Shown here: positions 25,775 through 36,880 of the stretch, in pieces
How the letters are laid out: each line of letters opens with the position of its first letter
How positions within the stretch are numbered: position 1 is the first letter of the stretch
Source: Vicugna vicugna
Taxonomy: Eukaryota
NCBI GenBank assembly: GCA_013265495.1
Contig: MU058198.1
Location: forward strand, 4,104,419 to 4,168,418
Reading direction: 5' to 3'
Length of the DNA: 64,000 bases
Program-made: the position numbers and the translations under genes
Notes under the pieces: generated by a model
The model's input: only the letters and a program-made list of their open reading frames with translations
Databases searched by the model: none
Told to the model about the DNA's origin: nothing

Positions 25775-26540
25775 CAGTGGTTCTCAGTAAAGTAACACTT
25801 CACCTCCACTCCTCAAAGGGGTTGGGGAAACCACAGGAGTGTTTTGGGATGTCACAAAGAGGTGGGAGGGGTGTACTGTTAAGATCCAGTAGAAAAGAAC
25901 CATGGACACCAGACAGCGATAGTCCCACAAAACGGAGGGATTCCCCCCTTCCCTGGACAGTCACAGGAGTGAAACCATGTTTATAATTATCTGAGGACTT
26001 AACTCTTTACTTTTGTTCAGTTTTAATATACCCTTAAATTTTCAGTAACAGTAACGTAGTTTTGTTAACTATGTATGTATGTGAAAGCTACAGTAACGTA
26101 GCTTTCACATACATCAAAAGAGAATTGTTTTCTAGTTGTTCAGGATCTGATTGAGAGTTGCTCTCTCTCCCAGATAAAGGACATCTCCCACATTCCCCTA
26201 CAGTTCTTGGGGGACGAGTAGTCATGTCAACACTGCTGTGTTGTGGCTGCTTTTGTGGGAGTGATTCAACACATAGGTGCCAGCGTTTGCCTACGTTGCG
26301 GACTCTTCCAGTGTAGACCACTGCCAAGTAGTTACCTAGCGAAAAAGACATTGTATTTTATGGTACTTAATATTCGTTTACTTCCCCATTCTATCGGATA
26401 TAAGTCATATATGTGATTTGAAAATTAGGTGTTACCTAGATTATGTTATCTAGGATTATCATTTCGGTTTAGTAAGGATGGTGTTAACAAAATATTTCTT
26501 ATCAAAGGGAGCGGTAGGGTCTAGTTCATTTGAGAAAAAC
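25775..26540. mobile_element. hAT-Charlie-like element (MER20B-like)
   Basis: Starts CAGTGGTTCTCA and ends ...TTGAGAAAAAC; weak overall resemblance. Confidence 0.4.
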
Positions 26541-28907
26541 AATTCTACAGTGTAGTGGTTAGTGATCTAGGCTCGGGAGCCAAATGGCTTGGCTTTACCA
26601 CCTATTATTTTAGGGAACTTTGGGCGAGTTAATTATCCTCATCTGTAAAATGGGATAATATCCCTCATTGGGCTGTGTGTGGACAACACTAATGATTAGT
26701 TAACATTTGTAAAGCACTTACAAGGATGCAGGATTGGCACATAGTAAATACCAAAACTGTTTTAGTTAAAGAAAATATACTCTCTTTAGGAAATCTCATT
26801 TCTATTCAAGTTTTCAACATCCATTTACACATTGTGGAAACATTTTGAAATTTAAAACTATTTTGAGTGAGCTTTGCCTAAAAATATATATATATTTATA
26901 TATTATTTATTTATATATATATTTCATGATAGCATTAGAGTCTTGGCAGAAAAAAAAATCCTTTCAAGTACATAGTTTTCCAAGTATTAGACTAGTCATT
27001 TACCCTTCTTGGTAAGATAAGGAAGAGAGGGTTGAAGAACATTTATGTTCTGATAACCTCTGAAACCAAAGGAGTAAAGAACCTGAGGAAGAAAGACAAA
27101 TAGAGAAAAAAATCTTATTTAAATTTAAACGTGTACAGCCTCTGTTTCTTATTATGCTCACTGTGAAGAAGCAAGATGCTTCCTGAGATGGTTACAGATT
27201 CTTCCTGAGCTCTTCCATAAAAAGTTACTGTAGGAAAGACATTTAATGTTATATACAAATCCTCAAACTGTAAACTCCAACGATGAGGCATGCAAAATAT
27301 AATATTCACTTAATCTAGAGAACATACTTGCTGTAGGAAACGGCATTTGCTTACTTAAATGAGCTGTGTTAATGAAACCCATTATTCTGCACGGGACCTT
27401 GTTCCTGGTTTTGTTTCTAATTGATTATCCAAGTAAATAAAATGGTGGCTCCAGGGGATTTAAAACCAAATACAACATGAAGCTTGTTTCAGTTCACAGT
27501 GGGACCCACAAATTTCAGCTTCCAGCCAGAGATCCCTCCTTTACTGTTCCCTGGGTCTTGATCAGTTGCTCCTTATCTTTCAGCTCTAAAGTAAGCTTTA
27601 CATTTTCAAAGAAACCTTCTTTGATCACCCAACCTATGTAATATTCCTTTGTTTCACACTTAGAACATTTCTTTCCTTCTGTGCACCTGTCATAGTTTAT
27701 AATTATACACTTTATGGTTTGCTTAAAAAAAAATCTGCCCCATTAGATTTAATGCACCAGAGCAGTTGCTCACAGTGCCAGAGAACTGGGGTCTAGCACA
27801 GCACCAGCCCATACAGAGCTCAATAAATATGTGTTACATGGGTGAACTGTCATTTTAGCTTTCTAGGGTACATGGGTGAGATAGAGGCTAAAAATATGGA
27901 TTTGAGAGTCATTTGCACTTAAATATTATTTAAATACAAGAGAATGGATGAGATTACCCATCTCAAGGAGAAAGTGGAGAGTGAGAGAGGGAAGAGTCTG
28001 GCATAGAGCGAACATTTATTTCATACAAAGCAAGAGATGCTGGCAAAGGATACAAAGAAGGAATGGCAAAAGAGGGAAAAAGAAACTCAGAACAGGCTGC
28101 CAAGACAGCCAAGATAAGAGATTCTCTAAAAAAGGTGGGAGTGGTCAGTTGTGGCAGGTCCAGCAAAGAAGTAAATCAATTCAGGATGGAGATGTTACCA
28201 TTGAGTTTGGGAGCTTCAATGTCATTTATGACCTTGATAAGAGCAATTCTGGGGGAGGACTGGGGCTATCAGGTTAGAGTGGTTTGGGGAAGGAGGTGAA
28301 CAATGAGAAGCAGCTGGTGTAGAACTTTTTCAAGAAGCTTTCCTGGGAAAGGGAGCAGAGAGATGAAACAGGACAAGGAATAAAGCTCATATTTTATAAT
28401 AACTATAAATGGAGTATAACCTTGAAAAATTGAGAATCAATATATGGTACACCCATAACTTATGTAATATTGTACATCAACTATAATTAAAAAAGAGAGA
28501 GAGAGAGAAATGAAGCTAGAGAGGAATGAGGTATCCAAGGAGTTGTTTTTTGTTTTGTTTGCATTTTTTTTTTTCTTGGTGAAAGTTACTAGAATATGTT
28601 CGCATGATGATGGGAAATACTCATCAGGGAGACTAATTATTTAAAAAAAAAAGAGAGAGAGAGAGAGAAAGAATAACAGGAGAAGATCCCTTGATAGTTT
28701 TCTGATAAGGAATCTGTGCTGGTCTTCTGCTGTCATTCTTCTTTGACCTACCCCTAGGCACCAAGTTTAAGAGATAGATAATCAAAAAGTGATTACGATT
28801 ACTTCATAATGCAGCCCTGGAGGGGTCATATGGGATGCGTCAAACCATTCTGAAAAGATCTTCAAGAAATTATATCTTCTCAGCTTCCCTAGAGCTAGGA
28901 ATGAGTT

Positions 28908-29130
28908 CTAGGGTTTCCCAACCTTGGGTGCTATTGGCATTTTGGTTTGGATACTATCATGTTTGGGGAGAGAGGGACCGTCCTGTGCTTTGTAGGATGT
29001 TTAGCAGAATTCCTGGCCTCTGCCCACTAGACACCTGTAGCATCCAATTGTGATGATCAGAAACCACAAATTGCTAAATGTCCTAGCCTTGGGGTTGGGA
29101 AGTAAAAGTGCCCCAGTTGAGAATCAATGA
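28908..29130 (-). mobile_element. MER20 (hAT-Charlie MITE)
   Basis: GTCCTGTGC..TGTAGGATGTTTAGCAG..CCTGGCCTCTGCCCACTAGA...GTTGAGAATCA matches the MER20 reverse complement. Confidence 0.8.
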
Positions 29131-29617
29131 TTTATTCAAACCTAAAACAGTCTAATTAAAAAAAAAAAAAGAATCAGCTAATCTTAACAGCTGTGTAAAT
29201 GTTAATAAATATCAGTTTTCATTGCCTATTGTTGTAGAAAATTATTCATAAACCTGTTATGAAAGCATTATTTGTGCCATTCCTACATGCTCATATTTTT
29301 AACCTCTAAGGAAATACTATAATTTGCATGTTTTAAGTAGAAAGAGCAATGAAAGAAAAGCAAACCAAATATGTGTGTATATGAATTGACCATGGTGATG
29401 AATTCATGATGACAAGAAAAGGAAAGTCACTGGCATTTATTGGTGCCCCCTACATTTCACATTTTACAAACCTGATTTTTAAAATAAATATAATTTTTTA
29501 CACGCTTATTGTATAAAAATGAGAAAGAAAAGCCAGACACATTAAGGGAAGAAAATTAAAAACCTCATAATATCACCAGTTAATATTTTGGTGCATATGC
29601 TTTAGGACTTTCTGTGA

Positions 29618-29650
29618 ATTCATTCATTCATTCATTCATTCATTCATTCA
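29618..29650. repeat. (ATTC)8 microsatellite
   Basis: Read directly from the sequence. Confidence 0.95.
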
Positions 29651-30882
29651 CTTATTTATCACACATCTTCCTGAGAGAGTATAGGAATTAGGCAGTCAAG
29701 GGCTTTATTTCTTTTTAATGGGAGAGATTTGGACATGTTTTAAAGCTGGCAGAAGGACGTAGTTTAGAAAGAGGAAAATGAGATGATCACAGAGTGAGAT
29801 TTTGAGAAGGAGTGGGTTTTAAGCACAGCGCTGTAATTATTTTTAGATTAGAAAAAAAAAGTGTTGTTGAGAGTATGGAAAGAATACACACATAGACACA
29901 CGAATATATGTATCTTATTGTATCTACATGTACGTACATGGTTGTATCTACTCCTACACGGATGTATCTTACTGTCTACAGTAAGATATATATATATGTA
30001 TACATATGTACCTATCTTACAGTATCTACATGTTTCTACCGTATGAGCTACTTTGGAACTTGCTTTTTCACTTACTCTATTGTAACCATTTCCCCATGCC
30101 GTTACTTTTCCTCCCCATCATTTTTACAGTATCCTAACGCATGCCAGTAGTTCAGGTTTTAAAGCCACCTGGTAACGTTGGACATTTTGGCCGTTCACAA
30201 ATTTTTACTATCAATGCAGGGACTTAATATCACGACGGTGACATATTTGTAGTTCTCCAGGATTATTTTCTGAACAGAAATTTGCACAAGTGGAATTGCT
30301 GAGTCAAATGGTCTGCAAAATTCGCTGGATAAAAATCGCTTTTCAACCTCACAGTCATTCTCAGGTATACATTCTTTACCTGAAGAGGAAACAGAGAAGC
30401 GGAGAGGTTCAATAATTGGCCCAAGGTCAAAAATAATCTAGAAGTGGTGGATTTCAAAAGCCGCGCGAGCTCTTCGTGCTGCGGCAGGGGTAGATTTTGC
30501 GGTTTAGGCGATTTTTTTTTTTTTTTTCTTGGTGTGTTTCAGTTGGGGGAGGGGCCGGGCAGCAGGGAAGGAAACTTGTGTCGCAGCAAAGAACGAGGAG
30601 GAGGAGGGGAGGGACTCAAGTCAGATCCGAACCGGCGCGGCGAGAAAGGCTAGGCTCAGGGCCCGGCGGCTCCCCAGCCGTTGTGAGGGTCGCCCGGGAG
30701 GCTGTGACCACCTGCCCCTTCCTAGGGAGGTCCGGCCGGGGGCCGCGCGCCGCACCCAAGCGGTTGCCAAGGGCCTGCCCCGACTGCTGGTCCAGTTGCT
30801 AGGGCCTCCATCTTGAGGCCGGTGGCCGCGGCGGCCCCGGAAGGGGTTGCCGAGCGGGGCATTCACTTCCGGTCTGGGGCCT

Positions 30883-30883
30883 G

Positions 30884-30914
<31 letters not shown>

Positions 30915-30924
30915 GGCGGCAGCG
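30883..30924 (+). repeat. interrupted GCG/CGG repeat in the 5'UTR: (GCG)6 GTG (GCG)5 GCA GCG
   Basis: Read directly from the sequence. Confidence 0.95.
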
Positions 30925-30938
30925 GGTCGGTGTAGAAA

Positions 30939-30992
30939 ATGGCGCTGGTGCAGCGGCTCGGGCCTCTCCCCGCGGCGCTGCGGAGGGCTTGA
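30939..30992 (+). other. upstream ORF, 17 aa (MALVQRLGPLPAALRRA*)
   Basis: AAAATGG strong Kozak context; TGA at 30990-30992; lies in exon 1 if transcription starts near the ETS site. Confidence 0.65.
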
Positions 30993-31043
30993 GGCTCGCG
31001 AGCCTCACTCGCCGCGCCCCACTTGCTCGTGCACTTTACACAC

Positions 31044-31048
31044 ATGAG
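31044..31048 (+). CDS. TNRC6A: TNRC6A coding exon 1 (ATG AG; M and part of R)
   Basis: ATGAG|GTGAGC donor; splices in frame to 31455 to give MRELEAK, the recognised N-terminus of the long TNRC6A isoform. Confidence 0.9.
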
Positions 31049-31117
31049 GTGAGCGGGGCGGGGGCTTCCCTCCGGGCGGGAGGAGCCTCGGGCGCTGCCG
31101 CAGGGCCCGAGACCGCG

Positions 31118-31159
31118 GGCGGCGGCGGCGGCGGCAGCGGCAGCGGCAGCGGCAGCAGC
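31118..31159 (+). repeat. (GGC)6 (AGCGGC)3 (AGC)2 repeat in intron 1
   Basis: Read directly from the sequence. Confidence 0.95.
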
Positions 31160-31454
31160 GCCGGGCGTCTCCGGGACCTCGGGCCTCGGCGCCGGGGGCG
31201 CCGGCTGCGCTGCTGAGGAGGCCGGGCCAGAGGCCTGGAGGGGCCTCGCTGCTCCGCTGGGGCCGGGCCGGGGGCTGCGGCTCGTCCGCGCCGCCTGCCC
31301 GCAGTCCGGGCTGCAGCCCCGCAGCTTTGTGAGCCCCCCCGGGCTCCCCTCCCCTCCCCCATCCGGCCCGGGCGCGAGCCTCTGCCGCAGCAGCTCCGTT
31401 TTCACGCGCATCTCTCTTTCTCTCTCTTCTTTCTCTCTTTCTTTTCCGTTCCAG

Positions 31455-31502
31455 AGAATTGGAAGCTAAAGCTACCAAAGACGTAGAAAGGAATCTTAGC
31501 AG
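31455..31502 (+). CDS. TNRC6A: TNRC6A coding exon 2 (48 nt; ELEAKATKDVERNLS)
   Basis: Long CT tract + CAG acceptor, CAG|GTAAGA donor, frame continuous with exons 1 and 3. Confidence 0.95.
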
Positions 31503-33529
31503 GTAAGATGGGCGAGCTTTCCGTCTCTCGCCCCATTAATCGTGTATTTCCACCCCGGGTCGTCCTTGCTAGGTTTAGAAGTTCCCCCATGTCATTTTCT
31601 TTCGCATGTAGGGAACCGACATTCGGGAGAAGAGGCCGGAGGGAATACTGGATGGAGGGATTGCGGGGAGATGCGTAATTACGCGTGTGTTCCTTTCTTT
31701 AGGGGGAGAAAACCCCAGTGAAATGCAATTCTTGTAAACTTAGTTAAAGCATTCTCACCCTTTTAGAATTTAATTAGGGGACTTGTGCATTAATTACTAT
31801 TGTAAATGGTTGCAGGCATTGTGTGAGTCATGACTGAGGCGGCCCTTATGGCGGGCTGTCAAACTGTTTTGGCTTCCCCGTTATTACTTTGTAACTCAAA
31901 TTGTTGCCTTTATAAAAAGATACTATGTGTTCGCATTTTTGTTCAACACATTGTAGTCAGGCGGATTCTGTTGCACTGGAAACAGTTTTGCCCTTGAACT
32001 TTACCGAGCATAAACTGCGTTTTGTTTTCTTTTGAAGCTACATTTATATCTACGTTCGGCGTGTGCTCTTTTTTTATCAGCTGGTGAAATAATTAAAAAC
32101 CTGTTCCCAGTGCATGGTTCTCTTTCCTTTTGGACCTGAGTGCTTTTGCACTGGTAACTTAATTCACTACCACAGAGGGAGTTTTTGTTTTTTAAACGAC
32201 GCCTTTATGGAAATTCTTGGCTTTATTGAGCTGTAATTGCTTAAGTATTAGGGCATTGCACTGTATTTAACTCTTTTTCACATTCATTTTCTGCCGTACG
32301 GTCTTTTCCTTTCTCATTATTCACCGTTTTCTTTTGCATCATATTGGGATATCCAGAGAAACTTCTAGATTAACCTGATCAGTGGGATCTCTTTCTCTTG
32401 GAAAGAATAAAATAAAATTTCTCTGTCAGAGGTCTTAATGTAGTTTGTGCTTGGTGATTGTTTTAGATTTATGTTGGGATTATTAACATCCGCAGTTCAA
32501 ATCATCTGAATATTTTTTCACCATATAGAATCATTTCAGATTGTTAGTCTTTTGAGTTTTATAGGTATGAATTTGTTTAAGTGCTTGTTAAAGAATCTGT
32601 TCAGTTGGTGAAGGATGGGCGTCATTGGTTTACCAGATAAGAGATTTTCTGTTATTCAAAATAATTTCAGGATCATTTTAAGGAAATTAAGCCTGACGTC
32701 ACTGACTAAATAAATGTTGGATATTTAAATAAGTTTTGTTGTCATACTCTATTAAAGGAATATTAAAATATGAAACCATTAAATAAAACAGGTTGTGTTT
32801 TTAAAGTGTAATTTCAGAAAAGAACTTGGAGGGTCAGTCTATTTCTCCTTCTATTTTTGCTTTGTCAGGTAACTATATCAGTATGATTCCTATGGAGGTT
32901 TTCTGGGACTTAATTAAAAACTGAGTCTAATACAGGTATTAATTTTCATATGCTATTTCAGTTGGATAGAACTTGGAATCTCGGTATAAGAGCTTGAATC
33001 CCAGCTTTGCCACTTACAGTATGACCTTGACTCTTGGCAAATCACTTAGCCTCTCTGTTCTAATCTATAAAATGAGAGGTCTGAGCCAACTAGTTGCTAA
33101 GGTCTATTAGACCAGAACAGACTCCTCAGGAAGTCACGGCATTATCCTGTATTCAGGTTAGTAAACATTTCTTGAGCATCTTCTATGTTCCAAATGCAAG
33201 ACTAGGCACTAGGGAGGGGAAGAATGGAAGTAGCTGAATTTATTGAATGCTTACTATCTGCCTGGCACACTTTTCTGAAGACATTAACTCATCTGATCCT
33301 GTAACACTCTGGGAGGTAGGTACTTTTATTATTCCTGTTTTACAGATGAAGACTTTGAGGCACAGAGAGGTTAATTAACTTACAGGAGGCCACACCACTG
33401 GTAATTGGAGGAGCTGTTATGCTTCAGAATGTATTGTGTTGCCTCACTAGAGGCATGATTTTTCACCTCAAAAAATTTGAAAATACCTTTGAGGAGGTAA
33501 AACCCACAAATACACACAACACTTCTAGA

Positions 33530-33720
33530 TCAGAATTTCTCAGCCTGGGCTGTTGAGACTTGACATTTTGGACCAGATAATTTGTTATTGTGAAGTCTGC
33601 CCTGTGCGTTGTGGGATGTTCAGCAGCATCTCCCAGAAGTACTCCTCTGCCACTTGTGACAATCAAAAAATGTCTTCAGATGTTGCCAAATGTCCCCTAC
33701 CCAGGGAAGTAGGGGCGGGA
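33530..33720 (-). mobile_element. MER20 (hAT-Charlie MITE)
   Basis: TTTCTCAGCCT...TTGACATTTTGGACCAGATAATT...GGATGTTCAGCAGCATC...AAATGTCTTCAGATGTTGCCAAATGTCCCCT. Confidence 0.8.
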
Positions 33721-36274
33721 GCCACCTCCACTTTTCTAGATTTTCATGTTACCTGAAAATAGCCAAATATTTGGATTTTCAATGTTCAATGTGTAAGTGC
33801 TAAATATCTTTTAATACTGTAGAACTCCAGATTCCCACTGTGTAGACCCCCAGGTTTGGAAACTCTAGTCTCTGAATGAGTGATGACATTATATGGCCAT
33901 TTTCCTTTTCCTCTGCTAAGGTACAAACAAACCCTTAAGACAGTGTGCCGGGTAACCAGTGCCAGTTAAAAGTGGCACAGTAGGTAAATTTAGTTGAACA
34001 TATGAGGTAGGCTTAATTCACGGATGGCCATTAAAATTGTCGCTTTTTGTTGGTATCCCGGCCATTCAGGAGAGGGAACTATCATGTCTAGATCTGAGTG
34101 ACCACCATTGGAACTAAACTTTAAAAAATAGAATCAATTTTGAAAGGCAGAGAAAAGGGCAATATAGGAACAACAGCAGAAACAAAGGGACAAAATCCAG
34201 AAAGTACAGGGACTTTTGAAATAGCAGTAAGTAGTTCAGTTGGATTGGCATAGAAGAATGGGGGCAGGTGTAGTTTCTTGAATAGCAGGTTGAGGACTTT
34301 TTGCATAACTCTTACATTGTGGAGAGCTATTACATGCTTTTAGGTAGAATGGTGATAGGATAGAAAACTATAACTAATTATTTAGGCAAGAGGTGGTAAA
34401 GATCTGAATTACATGTTAGTAGAAAAGAGGGGAGAGTGTGAGATACTAAAGACATGGAATCTGGGGTTTGGCAGCTAATTAGTCTGGGATCAGTTGTGAG
34501 AGGACTCTGAATTCACAGGGGTCTTCACATCTTGGGTGAGTGAGAGATTGACCCAGCCTCTGAACAGGGTACTGGTGAGAAAAGGAATAGGAGTTTGGGA
34601 AGAGAAGATGATAAGTTACAGTTTAGAGTTGTAGAAAAATCTGTTCTAACTCAATTTCTCTGGTTTTAAAAAAAACAAACAAGCAAACCATATTGTGGAG
34701 TCCAAGGTGATAGAATTGCTGAGTACTTAAATCTGGGCCATGATACCAGCTAGTATTCTGATCCCTTCGTTTTACAAGTGAGAAAGCCATGGCCAAGTTA
34801 TATTCTTTAACAAGTGACAGAGCTGGGGTTCAAACAGGCCTTGTGACTGTAACCATAGGGTTCTTCCAGCTAGGCAGTATTTTATATTGCACAATAGAAA
34901 AAAGATGACTTTGGTTTCTCCTTTCTGAAAATGTAAAAATTACGCCAACATAGTTTGTGGCCATTTTACTAATTTACTATATTGTTGAGTGTATTGTCTA
35001 AAGTAGAAGTTACATGCTTCATGTTACACTGATTTTTTTTTTTTGAAAACCAGCATGAAATGCCATCATGTAAGAAGAGTTGTGTATGCTGTGTACCATA
35101 TAATGTAACATCTGAACTGGGACATTTTTATCTGAGACATTTTTGCCTGGGACATGCTAAATAAGAAAAGACTGAGGGACAGAAGGAGTAAATCAGGGTG
35201 TTAGGTCTTCCTATGTAAGGTGGACCCTGCTCTTGGAATTCATCAACTTTTATCTGAATTTAAAAAAAAAAATCATCTGATTTTGTTAAGCTTTTCTGGT
35301 TTTTTTTTCCCCCGTGAAGTTTGTAGGCCAACAGTTTCATATTGGTAGGTTTCTTTCAGCTGTGTGTTATATCAGTAGGTAGGATAAATGAATCACAAAC
35401 TCTAAGCTTAATTTTTAAATGTGTAACAACCCTCTATGGAAAATTTAAATATACACATCATTAAAAAATCAGAGTACCGTTCTGTAACCTTGCAAATTTT
35501 GGCATCTGAAGTAAGTCTGCAACGATAAATTAGAGTCCCTTGCAGTTGTGTTTCATGACAGCCTCAAAAGTGTTGTCCATAATTGGAAAGACTGAAATAG
35601 ATATTTGCTGTATCTATTCTGCTTGGACTGACTTATGACGTCTTTTAAAATCAAGAAAGTGTCATCCCATTTAAAAAGTTTTAAAAACTCATCCTAACAT
35701 TCAGCAAAGTGGCAAGAATAGTGCAACCAACACCTGCATCTCTGTCTAGGTTTACCAGTTGCTAATATTTTGCCACATTTGTTCTGTGATGCCCCTTCAT
35801 CTCTAAGTAAGACATCATTTATCTCCCAGGAACAAGCGCATTCTCTATAACAGATAACATGATTATCACACACTGGGAAGTTTAACTTTGTTACAGTACT
35901 GTTTGGTCCATGTTCACTTTTTCCCAGTTGTCCTAATAATATCTTTGTTCTTTTCTCTCAATTCCTTAATCCAGGGTTGAGTTTAGTTGTAATTTCCTTT
36001 TATCAGGAGCAGTTCCTTATCCATTTATTCCCCTTTCATGACATTGACGTTTTGGAATAGTCCAAACCTTTTGTTCTTGCAGGCTTCAATTTGGATTTGT
36101 CTGGTTGTTTCTGTATATGGTTCAGGTTAAAACTTCTTGGCAGGAATAACACATAGGTGATGTGTTCCCAGTGCGTCACTTCAACCTCCCTCCCCCACCA
36201 CTTTGAAGGAAATAAACTGAAAGTTTACCCAGCACTTTTACCTTTACACTAACTCAGTGTTTCTTTCATTTTAG

Positions 36275-36300
36275 GATATGCCAAAAAATGTGAAACTGAG
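36275..36300 (+). other. TNRC6A: candidate alternative 26-nt exon in TNRC6A intron 2
   Basis: Branch point CACTAAC (36247-36253), pyrimidine tract, TAG acceptor, GAG|GTATAA donor; its ATG (36278) is in frame with exon 3. Confidence 0.5.
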
Positions 36301-36880
36301 GTATAATTTTAAATAGTTGAGGTTACAATAATTATAAGACTTCATGTTTAAATTGGTCAGCTGTAATGATTGCAGCTTTTTTGAAGTGTTATTCTGAAGG
36401 TAGCTCTTTTATTGTTAGACGTAAAAGTTGCCTGTTTTTGGCTCTCACAGTAATAAACTGATAATCCTGCTAAGAAAATGAAACATAGGGCTGGACTTGT
36501 GATATACATTCTTCAAAAGAATGCCCCATTGAAATTAGAGTGGCATTGTGCTGACAGAACAGGGGTTCTCATCCTGGATTCCACAGAGGGACCACAGATG
36601 GTGTGAAGTAGTTTGAGAAATTGAATGTGTGCTTTAAAAAAAAAAAAAAAGGAAAGGAAAAAAGATAGTCCTTAGCATTTATCAGATTTCAAAGGCTCAG
36701 AGCTCCCCAAAGATTAAGAAACCTTGTATTATAGGGAGGATGTGAGAGAAGCTGAATAATCTCAAGAAAAGGGAGATTTTAAGATTTAAAAGAGAGAAAA
36801 TAACATTAGACTAAGGCATAGGTTCTCTCAAAAAAAAAAAAAAAAGAAAGAAAAAGGAAAGAAAGAAAAGAAGAAATTAT

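Larger units (their letters stand above)
30460..31690 (+). promoter_or_regulatory. TNRC6A: CpG island promoter of TNRC6A
   Basis: Abrupt GC- and CpG-rich segment spanning exons 1-2; ETS/GABPA site CACTTCCGGT (30864-30873), YY1-like AAAATGGCG (30936-30944), CGCG-type palindrome (30990-31007); no TATA box seen. Confidence 0.9.

Noticed and set aside
29618..29650. (ATTC)n as the equivalent of the human TNRC6A TTTTA/TTTCA expansion linked to familial myoclonic epilepsy
   Set aside because: It is a tetranucleotide, not the pentanucleotide; such tracts commonly derive from L2 tails, and nothing here shows orthology
30621..31590. Long ORFs on both strands over the promoter (e.g. 182 aa at 30863-31411 minus, poly-Ala/Pro/Arg)
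   Set aside because: Expected from stop-codon scarcity in a GC-rich CpG island with triplet repeats; most start at non-ATG codons, they cross real splice sites and show no recognisable domain
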